Shown piece by piece: positions 45,883-54,700 of a stretch of 56,021 nt of DNA; position 1 is the first letter of the stretch, and every line of letters begins with the position of its first letter. The notes below the pieces were generated by a model. That model was not told where the DNA came from and made no database searches. It was given only the letters and a program-made list of their open reading frames with translations. The stretch comes from an uncultured virus (IMG/VR IMGVR_UViG_3300050821_004776) (lineage: Duplodnaviria > Heunggongvirae > Uroviricota > Caudoviricetes), in the IMG/VR virus record IMGVR_UViG_3300050821_004776. One strand, written 5' to 3'. A program made the translations under genes and the position numbers.

Positions 45883-46996
45883 GGCAGCCCCGGTCAAGGC
45901 CGCTCCCAAGAAGACGACCGCCGCCAAAGCGTCCCCGAAGGGCCTCCAGCTCTCCACCGCCCAGTGGAAGGCGTACAACACCGCCTTTTCCGCTGCCGCG
46001 TCGGCCGCCCGGAACAGGATCGCGCTTCAGTCCGCCGCCAGCGGTTTCCGGAAATACCGCCTGGCCGCCGCGTACGCCACGGTGAAGCAGTACCAGGCCG
46101 CGCGCAGGACCGCCCAGGCAGCGGCTATCGCCGCGTACGCCGCGCGCCAGTCCTGGCGGCAGTCCGTGGCCGCCCACCAGAACTCGGCGCTGCGCAACCG
46201 CATCGAGCTGGACATGTACAACCACGCCAACCTCTCCGGCCGCCTCCAGTACGCCCAGGCAGGCGAAAAAGCGTACGCCCACCAGGCCGTCATGCGGACC
46301 GTCGATAACAAGCAGGCGCTCAGCTATGAGGCCCGGCAGTTCAAGGCGATCTCCAGGACAGCGAAAAAGGCGAAGAAGTCCGTGAGCCCCGGGACGGCGC
46401 TGAGCAAGGCCCAGTCCGCGACGATCGCGCGAGCCGGAGCGCAGGCAGGGCTCAAGGCCGCCAGGTCCGCGAAATCCGCGCCGGCTGCCAAGACCGCGAA
46501 GACGCCCCGGCAGGCCACGGTGAAGGCTCCCGCCGCGACCGCAGCGGGGAAGTCGGCCAAGGCCCCGGTCAAGGCCGCCGTCACGGCTAAGGGCCGCACT
46601 GCCCGGTCACCATGGGCCGGGGACGAGACCACCCCGAACTGCATTGTCACGGCGGTGGCCAACCATCTGATCTACTCCCGGGGCGTCATCGCGAGCACGC
46701 GGGCCATAGAGGAGCTGGAAGAGGCGTGCGGCCCGGAGCCCCCGATCGAAGAGGTGCTCTGGCAGGCATGGGTGACCGGGTGGCCGCGTGACCGCAGTGT
46801 CCGCCTGCATACCTACAGGCCCGTCGAGTGGACGCCCGCGCACGAGATCACGGGGGGCGGCCTGATCATCGGCTACGAGACTGAGCACGGCCCGCACGCG
46901 GCACTGTCGCTGGCCTCGGGGGACGTCGTATCGTGGGGCGGGAAGATGAAGCGCAAGGCTCTCGTAGAAGAGGCGTGGTTCCTGCAATGGCAATAG
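45866..46996 (+). CDS. Ala/Lys-rich (histone-like) protein with C-terminal papain-like domain
   Basis: AAK/APAK-rich tracts; PNCIVTAVANH...GPHAAL...VVSWG. Confidence 0.7.
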   Translation: MAAKTKAAPVKAAPKKTTAAKASPKGLQLSTAQWKAYNTAFSAAASAARNRIALQSAASGFRKYRLAAAYATVKQYQAARRTAQAAAIAAYAARQSWRQSVAAHQNSALRNRIELDMYNHANLSGRLQYAQAGEKAYAHQAVMRTVDNKQALSYEARQFKAISRTAKKAKKSVSPGTALSKAQSATIARAGAQAGLKAARSAKSAPAAKTAKTPRQATVKAPAATAAGKSAKAPVKAAVTAKGRTARSPWAGDETTPNCIVTAVANHLIYSRGVIASTRAIEELEEACGPEPPIEEVLWQAWVTGWPRDRSVRLHTYRPVEWTPAHEITGGGLIIGYETEHGPHAALSLASGDVVSWGGKMKRKALVEEAWFLQWQ

Positions 46997-47355
46997 CGAA
47001 ACGGATAGCCGTCCTGGCGCTGCTGGCGTGTGCCGCCCTGATCGCCTGGCACCCCTGGCAGGCCGCGTTCGCCATCGGCGTTCATCCCTACCCGGCGGGC
47101 ACGCCGTGGACCTACCAGCTCTGGTCGGGATTCATCCCCGGCCTGGCTATCGCGTCCCTGCTGTCAGCCCTGGCCGCGCACCTGCGGATGATGAACTGCC
47201 ACGTGGAGAACTGCTGGCGTATCGGGCGCTACCCGGTGGCGAACAGCCAGTACAAGGTCTGCCGCAGGCATCACCCCGATGTTACCGTGCGCCAGGGGAA
47301 GATCACCCACGCGCATATCATCAGGGAACACGAGAAATGCGCCGGGCTCTCGTAG
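46987..47355 (+). CDS. Membrane protein with Cys/His tail
   Basis: YQLWSGF...NCHVENCWRIG...CRRHHP. Confidence 0.75.
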   Translation: MAIAKRIAVLALLACAALIAWHPWQAAFAIGVHPYPAGTPWTYQLWSGFIPGLAIASLLSALAAHLRMMNCHVENCWRIGRYPVANSQYKVCRRHHPDVTVRQGKITHAHIIREHEKCAGLS

Positions 47356-47807
47356 TCCTGGGCCTGAGTCTCGCGCTCGACTTCGTCTTCGGTATCTGGT
47401 TCGCCGCTGTCGAGCACATCAGCGCGTGGAACGGCCTCTACTTCGCCACCACGACCGCGTCTACCGTGGGGTACGGCGACATCACGCCGCAGGGCTGGCG
47501 CGGCCACCTTCTCGCCGTAGCGATCATGCTGACCGTGATACCCCTGTTCTCGGCTGTGTTCTCGCTGCTCACGACAGCTCTCACCACCAAGCACGTAGAC
47601 TTGCGGCATGCTGAGCTGAAGAGGCACATCGATGTCCGGCATGCTGAGCTGAAAAAGCGCGCGGAAGAGGTACACAATGGCGGACCTGACGGCAATCCGG
47701 ACCTCGATAGCCAGCCAGGTGGCGGCGAACGCGATTCCGGCGCTGAGCACGTCGGCGGAGTCCCTGGACATGATCAACCCGCCGATGTTCCTGGTGATGC
47801 CGGGTAA
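47337..47807 (+). CDS. KcsA-like 2-TM potassium channel
   Basis: GLYFATTTASTVGYGDITP filter flanked by two TM helices. Confidence 0.9.
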   Translation: MRRALVVLGLSLALDFVFGIWFAAVEHISAWNGLYFATTTASTVGYGDITPQGWRGHLLAVAIMLTVIPLFSAVFSLLTTALTTKHVDLRHAELKRHIDVRHAELKKRAEEVHNGGPDGNPDLDSQPGGGERDSGAEHVGGVPGHDQPADVPGDAG

Positions 47808-48138
47808 TCCTATATCCAAGATCGGCGTGTGCCTGGGCGAGGGCCTGCTGGACGCCGGAGGCCGGCCCGTCAGCCCCACCGAGTTTACGATCCGCGCCCA
47901 TCTCATCGTCGCCCGCGCCGACGTCATCGCCAACGTCCAGGACAACCTCGATACGTGGCTGGGGTTCGAGCGCACCGCGACGGCGGTCTCGGTCGGCATG
48001 GCCATCGCCATGGACCCGACGCTCGGCGGCACCGTGGAATGGTGCGAGTGCACGACCGAGGATTCCTACGCCCCGATAGAGATAGCCGGCATCATGTATT
48101 TCGGTGCCCGGCTCAACATGAACGTGTCAGCGAGGTAA
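47677..48138 (+). CDS. Tail terminator or completion protein
   Basis: MADLTAIR...INPP...QDNLDTWL...DPTLGG. Confidence 0.75.
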   Translation: MADLTAIRTSIASQVAANAIPALSTSAESLDMINPPMFLVMPGNPISKIGVCLGEGLLDAGGRPVSPTEFTIRAHLIVARADVIANVQDNLDTWLGFERTATAVSVGMAIAMDPTLGGTVEWCECTTEDSYAPIEIAGIMYFGARLNMNVSAR

Positions 48139-48303
48139 GAATGGCGAAAACTGTCTACACACTTAAGGAGCACTATCGTAAGATGTACCGACAGCGCAAA
48201 ATCCGACAGGCTGTGAGTGCTACAGCCAACCTGGAGGTGAGGTAGGGATGGCCAAGATTTTGCTTGTGCATCCCGGTTTAGCCCCGACTTTTCGGTCGCG
48301 GAC

Positions 48304-49323
48304 GTGTACCGGGGCTGGTACAAGGCCCTGAAAAAGCAGGGCCATAAGGTCATGCCCTACAACACCAATGAGCGCCTCACGTTCTTCGGCCGCGCTGTCT
48401 TCCAGGACTCTGAAGTACCTCCGTGCGAGCATGGCCGCCAGCCGGTGCGCAAGGCACTCCCGGACTCGGAAATGGTCGCCCAGATGGCCACGGCCGGCCT
48501 CACGGAGGCGTGCTACATTTTCGAGCCGGACATCGTGTTCTTCATCTCCGCGTTCTACCAGGCGATGAGCGCGCTGCGCGTCATCCGCAGGCACGGAACC
48601 AAAATCGTCATGCTGCACACGGAGAGCCCCTACCAGGACAGTGAGCAGATGAAGCGCGGCCACCTGGCTAACCTGAACCTGCTCAACGACCCGGCCAACC
48701 TCGAAAAGTGGGGCAGCCTGGGAGTTCCGGCGGCGTACATCCCGCACTCCTATGATCCGGACACCCATTACCCGTCGCTCCCCCGGAAGTACGGGATTGA
48801 CTTCTCGTTCATCGGCACGGCGTTCTGGAGCCGGTGCGAGTTCTTCTCCAAGATGGACCTGGACGGCATCGACACGGTGTTCGGCGGTAACGGCTGGGAC
48901 GCCATCGACCCGAAATTCCACGGGCTGTACAAGTACCTCGGGCACAAGCCGGACGAGTGCGTGGACAACGATGAGGTGGCGCGCACGTACCGCATGACGA
49001 AAGCGGGTATCAATTTCTACCGCCGTGAAGGCGAAGAAGAGCACAAAGGAGAAGGCTGGGCGATGGGTCCGCGTGAGGTGGAAATGGCGGCCTCCGGGCT
49101 GTTCTTCCTGCGCGACCCGCGCCCGGAGTCCGATGTCACGTTCCCGATGCTTCCCGCGTTTTCCGGGGCGGAGGACGCCGGGCAGAAACTCCGCTGGTGG
49201 CTGAAGCACGATAAGGAACGCGAGGCGGCGGCCGATAAGGCACTCGAAACGATCCAGGGGTGGACGTTCGATAACCGGGCACGCGATGCGGCCCAGCTCA
49301 TGGAAGGATGCGGTGTCCTGTGA
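48304..49323 (+). CDS. GT-B glycosyltransferase (CgeB-like); N-terminus frameshifted from ATG 48248
   Basis: HTESPYQD, FSFIGT, MGPREVEMAASG; upstream MAKILLVHPG lies in another frame. Confidence 0.8.
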   Translation: MYRGWYKALKKQGHKVMPYNTNERLTFFGRAVFQDSEVPPCEHGRQPVRKALPDSEMVAQMATAGLTEACYIFEPDIVFFISAFYQAMSALRVIRRHGTKIVMLHTESPYQDSEQMKRGHLANLNLLNDPANLEKWGSLGVPAAYIPHSYDPDTHYPSLPRKYGIDFSFIGTAFWSRCEFFSKMDLDGIDTVFGGNGWDAIDPKFHGLYKYLGHKPDECVDNDEVARTYRMTKAGINFYRREGEEEHKGEGWAMGPREVEMAASGLFFLRDPRPESDVTFPMLPAFSGAEDAGQKLRWWLKHDKEREAAADKALETIQGWTFDNRARDAAQLMEGCGVL

Positions 49324-49502
49324 TCTGCGCGCAATGCGCGAAAGCCGGAGATATCCGCGCGCTGTACCCGGACGTTACCGAACGAGGCAGGATGAGCAGC
49401 GCTCGTGCCCTTCACAACGCATGCACCAATCCCGCAACCTGCCCGTGCCAGCATAAGCTCCTGCCGCTGGCGGAAGTTCTCCAGGTGAGGACCGATGGCT
49501 GA
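49308..49502 (+). CDS. Small Cys-rich protein
   Basis: ICAQC...H..C...CPCQH. Confidence 0.65.
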   Translation: MRCPVICAQCAKAGDIRALYPDVTERGRMSSARALHNACTNPATCPCQHKLLPLAEVLQVRTDG

Positions 49503-49758
49503 TTACCCTCCCCGGCAGCCCGGCAATGTGACAATTCATCTCCAGCCGGGGCCGCAGCACAATTCCCTTGTCATGGACGGTTACGACATCGGCCAGTTCG
49601 TCACTGCCATGCAGCTCAGGTTCGACGTCAAGACAATGCGGCCGATCCTGATGCTGGATCTCGCGCCGTCCGCCGTGGACGTGACCGGAACCAGTGTTGA
49701 GATGCGCGGGGACTTCCGCAGCTTCCTGATCGCGCACGGGTGGCGGCCCCCGGAGTAG
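49495..49758 (+). CDS. Hypothetical protein
   Basis: GAGGA RBS. Confidence 0.75.
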   Translation: MADYPPRQPGNVTIHLQPGPQHNSLVMDGYDIGQFVTAMQLRFDVKTMRPILMLDLAPSAVDVTGTSVEMRGDFRSFLIAHGWRPPE

Positions 49759-49867
49759 TTTTCAAGCGACCGTGAACTCCCTACACTGGTACTGAGCACC
49801 CGTGGCCTGACGTAACTGCGTCCGGAGCCGGCAAGCGACCGATCACCATCTGAAAGGGTGACGTCTC

Positions 49868-50314
49868 GTGAGCCGTATCCATGGCCGCAATGGCATGGTC
49901 TACCTGGCACCGTCGCCTCCGGGCGGCGCTAGCCCTAACGCGTCCCCCATGGCCTTCGTCAGCGACTGGACCATCAACTTCACCGTGGCGAAGGTTGACG
50001 TCACCGCGCTCGGTGACTCCAACCTCGTGTGGGTGTCCGGCCTGCCAGACGCGTCCGGTGACTTCTCGGGCTTTTACGACACCGCCACGCAGCAGACCTA
50101 CGCTGCCGCGATCGACGGCCAGCCCCGCGCCATGTACCTCTACCCGTCGCTGCTGGGCGTCCAGGGGATCAACCCCGGCCAGTATTTCTTCGGCCAGATC
50201 CTCCCGGACTTCAGCTCCTCGGGCGGCGTGGCCGCTGCGGTGACGTTCAAGAGCACGTGGAACGCCGCGTCGCAGGTCCAGCGCTACCCGGCTGCCGGCA
50301 TCGCCGGTACCTGA
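49868..50314 (+). CDS. Major tail (tube) protein
   Basis: RIHGRNG...VDVTALGD...GLPDASGDFSGFYD...YLYP. Confidence 0.85.
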   Translation: MSRIHGRNGMVYLAPSPPGGASPNASPMAFVSDWTINFTVAKVDVTALGDSNLVWVSGLPDASGDFSGFYDTATQQTYAAAIDGQPRAMYLYPSLLGVQGINPGQYFFGQILPDFSSSGGVAAAVTFKSTWNAASQVQRYPAAGIAGT

Positions 50315-50422
50315 TCGTAGTGGGAGCCGCCTTGCCCGCCGGCAAGACGGCTCTCCGTATCCGTTGCCATTCCCGTGGACCTGCGGACGAGGCCCATCCT
50401 ATACGGGAACCGGAGTACCGCA

Positions 50423-50842
50423 ATGCCCCCAGCACGCAACCCCCGCCGGCAGACCGCCGACACCAAGGCGGCGAGCCTTCAGGTCCGCACGGCCGACCAG
50501 GCTGCCCGCGTCGCGAAGGACGATCGCGCCGAGGACAAGGGCGACGCCGTCACGGTCGCGCTTGAAGGCCAGGAGTTCACTCTCGCCCAGGACGTCGGCA
50601 TCATGCCCCTGATGGAGTGGGCGGCGGCCTCCGACGTGGACGTGGCTTCCGCGAGCGGCCTGCGTGCCGTCTACTACGTGCTCCAGGACGTCGTGGACGC
50701 GGATGAGTGGGCGGAGTTCCGGCGCTACGCCCGGGAGAAGAAGATCTCGGCGGAGAAGCTGCTGGACTTCGCGAACTCGGCCCTGGAGGCGCTCGCGGGC
50801 CGCCCTACCGAGGGGTCAAGTGGCTCCTCCGATGGCTCCTGA
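50423..50842 (+). CDS. Tail assembly chaperone
   Basis: Position after the tube gene; ends AGRPTEGSSGSSDGS. Confidence 0.75.
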   Translation: MPPARNPRRQTADTKAASLQVRTADQAARVAKDDRAEDKGDAVTVALEGQEFTLAQDVGIMPLMEWAAASDVDVASASGLRAVYYVLQDVVDADEWAEFRRYAREKKISAEKLLDFANSALEALAGRPTEGSSGSSDGS

Positions 50843-51312
50843 CCCAGTTCGCTTACGTTGACGGCGAGGCTCACGCCACGGGCAGCGGCAAGCAGATAGC
50901 CGAGATGACGCCCCGTGAGGGATGCAACGTCGCTTACTTCCACATCATCCGGGAGATGCGCGAAGAGGACCGTGCGGCGCGCATGGCCGGGCACAATTTC
51001 GACGCGCCCCTCCAGGACCGCATTACGCGCTTCGAGGAGAAGATCGGGCTGCGGCCGGACCACGAAGAGCTGGCGCTGTGGATGCACAAGAACGTGCTCC
51101 TTCCCGCACTGGGCCGCAAGTGGGAAGATGAAGAGGTGGCAGCGGACCTGCCCGCAGGCGTCGGCGAAGAGCACCGCTGGCGGTTCGAGGATCAGGAAGT
51201 TGACGGGCTGGACAGCTTCAAGGGCAATCCCTGGGAGCTGAAGGAAATGAGCAAGATCCGGGCAATGCGCAACGAGGCTGAGACCGCAGAAGAGGTACGC
51301 GATACCCTGTGA
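50803..51312 (+). CDS. Tail assembly chaperone extension (-1 frame)
   Basis: Open -1 frame overlapping the chaperone end, no strong own RBS. Confidence 0.6.
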   Translation, partial: PYRGVKWLLRWLLTQFAYVDGEAHATGSGKQIAEMTPREGCNVAYFHIIREMREEDRAARMAGHNFDAPLQDRITRFEEKIGLRPDHEELALWMHKNVLLPALGRKWEDEEVAADLPAGVGEEHRWRFEDQEVDGLDSFKGNPWELKEMSKIRAMRNEAETAEEVRDTL

Positions 51313-51324
51313 GGCGATGTAACA

Positions 51325-51702
51325 GTGGCAAGGCTGGCTGGCGGTATCGAATGGGATGACGTCGCCCTGGAGGACATGTTCAACAACCCGGACGGCCTCG
51401 TCGGCGACTGGCTCAAGGGCAAGGTCGCCGAGATGACGGCTATCGCCACGGCCGGCGCGCCTCTTCAGCAGCCGAAGAACTGGTCATGGGGCGCGGACTC
51501 CTCGTCCTACATGCCCCGCTCGCTGGGGTACCTGAAAGGCGGGGTCCGGCCGCACTTCCCGGCCTATACCCGGTTCGGCAGCCTCTACGGCGGGGTCAAC
51601 GCCCCGTACGGCCCGACGCTGTTCCTGGAGAAGCCCGCCCGCCAGCTCCACCACTCCTATCCTTTCCTGTCCGCTGCCCTGTACGCTGCTGTCATAGACT
51701 GA
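51325..51702 (+). CDS. HK97 gp10-like tail completion protein
   Basis: NPDGLVG...YGPTLFLEKPA...YPFLSAAL. Confidence 0.6.
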   Translation: MARLAGGIEWDDVALEDMFNNPDGLVGDWLKGKVAEMTAIATAGAPLQQPKNWSWGADSSSYMPRSLGYLKGGVRPHFPAYTRFGSLYGGVNAPYGPTLFLEKPARQLHHSYPFLSAALYAAVID

Positions 51703-51717
51703 ATGCGGAGGTAACAC

Positions 51718-54700
51718 GTGACCAGGCTGATCGGGGACGCCTATATCGCACTCCTGCCGGATGCGTCCTTGTTCCGGTCAGACGCCGACGCTAAACTGCG
51801 CGCCGCTATCAGCGGAATGAAGGCCCAGATTCCGATCACGGGCGACCCCCGGGATATCAACGCGAAGATATCCGCAATCGCCGCCGCGCTGAAGGGCCTT
51901 GACGGGAACATCCGCGTCGGAATGGACAACCGCGAGGCGCTGACCGATTCCGCGCAGGTGGCTGCCGCCCTGGAAGCGCTGCGTGCCCGCGCCGAGAACA
52001 TCCCGGTGTCCCTGGACAACGCCAAAGGTCTCGCAGAGCTTTACACCCTGCTTGCCGGAGCAGATACTCTCGGTGAGAAGCTGGAAAACCTCGAAGCCAA
52101 CATGAGCATCGAGCAGATTCTCGCCCAGTACTACAAGCTCGAAGCGAAGACTGACGAGCTGGAATCGCGGATGTCCCATATTACCGGCGATATCGACATG
52201 GGGCTTTCGGCCGAGAAGCTGGCTATTCTCATCGGGGACGCTGATCAGCTCCGCGCGATCCTCAGCGACATGCGGGCAAATACCACTGATGCCGGTTTCC
52301 TGGCTAAGATCGCCACTATGCAGGGGGCGGTAATGGGGGTCGCCAGGCAACTGCGCCACATGCCTGCTGACGCGGACACGCTGCCGATTGAGGCTTCCCT
52401 GTTCAAGATCCGGGCGCAGGTCGAGGCGATCGACAGGTCCCTGAGCACCATGGGCGGCGCGGACGAGGGGACTTTCGCCAACCTGGGCAAGATAGGCGGC
52501 AGCAGCTTCGCTAACCTGGGCAAGATCGCCGGGGACAACGCCGATGCCATCCGGCGCATGGATCAGGCTCTGCGGGACCTGAATCCCTCCGCCGGGGCGG
52601 CCGGAATGGCGCTCGCGTTCCTGGGCAAGCAGAACAGCATGATCGTCGCCAGTAACGCGGGCGGCTGGTGGGGTGCGGCGACTACCAAGATCCGGCTGTT
52701 CGGCGGAGCCCTGGACAGCGTGCTCCCGCATTTCCTGACATCCGTCAGCGTGTGGCACCTGGCGGCGGACCTGATCCTGGAATTCGCGGCGGCGTGGGGG
52801 CCGGCCCTTATCGCGGTCGGCACGTTCGCCGCTTACGCGTACCCGGTTGCCGAGAAGATCATCGGCCAGTGGAAAAATATCAACACTGTTATCGACAGCG
52901 TCGGCGGGCACCTCACTGACCTCGGCGGCAGTTTCGATACGATTCAGCGGGCCATCGAGCCGTCCATCATGATCGCGTTCGGCGAGTACATGTCCGTCAT
53001 CGGGCACAACGCCCAGGGGCTGGGCAGCGCTCTCGCCGATGTCGGCAAGGTAGTGGACGTCTGGGGCGCGGCCATGGTGGGGTGGGCGGCCAAGGCGCAG
53101 ACAGGCTTCGACAGCATCGTCAGGGTCGGTGCCAAGGACTTCGCCCAGATCGGATACGGGTTCGAGCAGTTCTTCCGTATCATTTCCTCCCTGATTAAAG
53201 ACCTTCCGGGTTACGTGCATATCCTGCTGACACTCGGCGACGCATTCCTGACGGTAACGGCGAACGTAGTCCAGGCTATGGCTCCTGTCATCAAGCTCGG
53301 CCTGGCTATTCACGGCGCAATGCTGTACATCGGCCTGGCCGTCACCGGAATTGTCGCCCTTACCCGTGCCATGGCCGCCGGGGCTATCGCGCGGTACACG
53401 GGCCTGATGGGCACGGCCCTGACGGATGCGGGCACTGCGGCCGAAGAGGGCAAGGGGAAGTTCAACGCGTTCGGCAACGCCATCGGCGGATTCGCCGGAA
53501 TACTGGCCGCAGGTTCCGTCAAGACATTCCAGTATGTCAAGAGCGTCGTCTCGGTAGGCAGGGAATCGGGCATCGCCTCGTCTGGTGCCAAGCTCCTCAA
53601 GGACGGCCTGGCCCTGATTCCCTTCGGGGGTGTCGGCCTGGCTGCCGCCGGGGTGGCTGCGGTAATCGGTACCCTCCTGTACTTCGCGCTGCGGCACGGC
53701 GCGGATGCGGCCGACCAGTTTGGCAAGTCCATGCAGAACCTGATCGCCTCTTCCAGCATCATCAATTTCCAGCGGAACATCCAGACGGCTGTCACCCAGA
53801 CCACGGGGAAGATCCGCCAGCAGGCGCAGGCAGTGCAGAGCCTCATGGGCCGGCCGCAGTCGGGCGCTAAGTTCGCGAACAGCCTCACGAACATCGCGAC
53901 GACCGGCGCGCAGAGCGAGCTTGCCAAGTATCAGCAGCAGCTCGCCGGCATCATCGGCGAGACGTCCACGTACTACACGCGCATGCAGACCCTGTCCGGG
54001 GTGTTCGGCAGCGTGGCCGGCGCGCAGAGCGCCATGAACCTCGCGGGCATATCCGCCGGGAAGATCTCCACCGAGAACAACGGCACCTGGCAGACGACGC
54101 TGACCGAGCTGAAGGGGCTGGCCGCCGGTTACGGCTACATGGGGCAGTACACCGGCCAGGCCGCCAACCAGCTCGCGACACTGAACATCGCCTCGGGTAC
54201 CACCACCAAGAACCTCCAGGCTCTCACGCAGGCCGAGAGCGCCTGGGTCAGCATGATCTCCGGCGGCGACAACGCGTTCAGCAATTTCGAGCAGGGCCAG
54301 GGAACCCTGAAGAACACGATGGGCAGCAGTGCCAAGTCGGTGCAGACGCTGAACTTCACCCTGGGGCATCTCCAGGAGAAAATACCCGCGTACGGCGCTA
54401 CGATGAACGGCCTGAGCGCGTCCTCTCTCGCTGTCCGGCAGGCATTCGACTCCCAGCTCGGCGCGGGCACCACCCTGTACGGTAATCTCCAGACCCTGGC
54501 TGTTGCCTCAGGTAACACCGCCACTAACCAGCGGGAACTCGCCAAGGCGGGCAAGGACATCGTCGCCCAGATGCTCCCGTTCGCGGCAGGGAGCAAGGAA
54601 GCCACCGCTGAGCTGTACGCGATGGCCCAGGTCGCCGGGTACACGGGCGCGGACAGCTTCAAGGGGCTGGCGAAATGGGTGGGGAACACCAAGGGCGCGG

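Noticed and set aside
51778..54369. 863-aa minus-strand ORF
   Set aside because: Antisense to the tape measure gene
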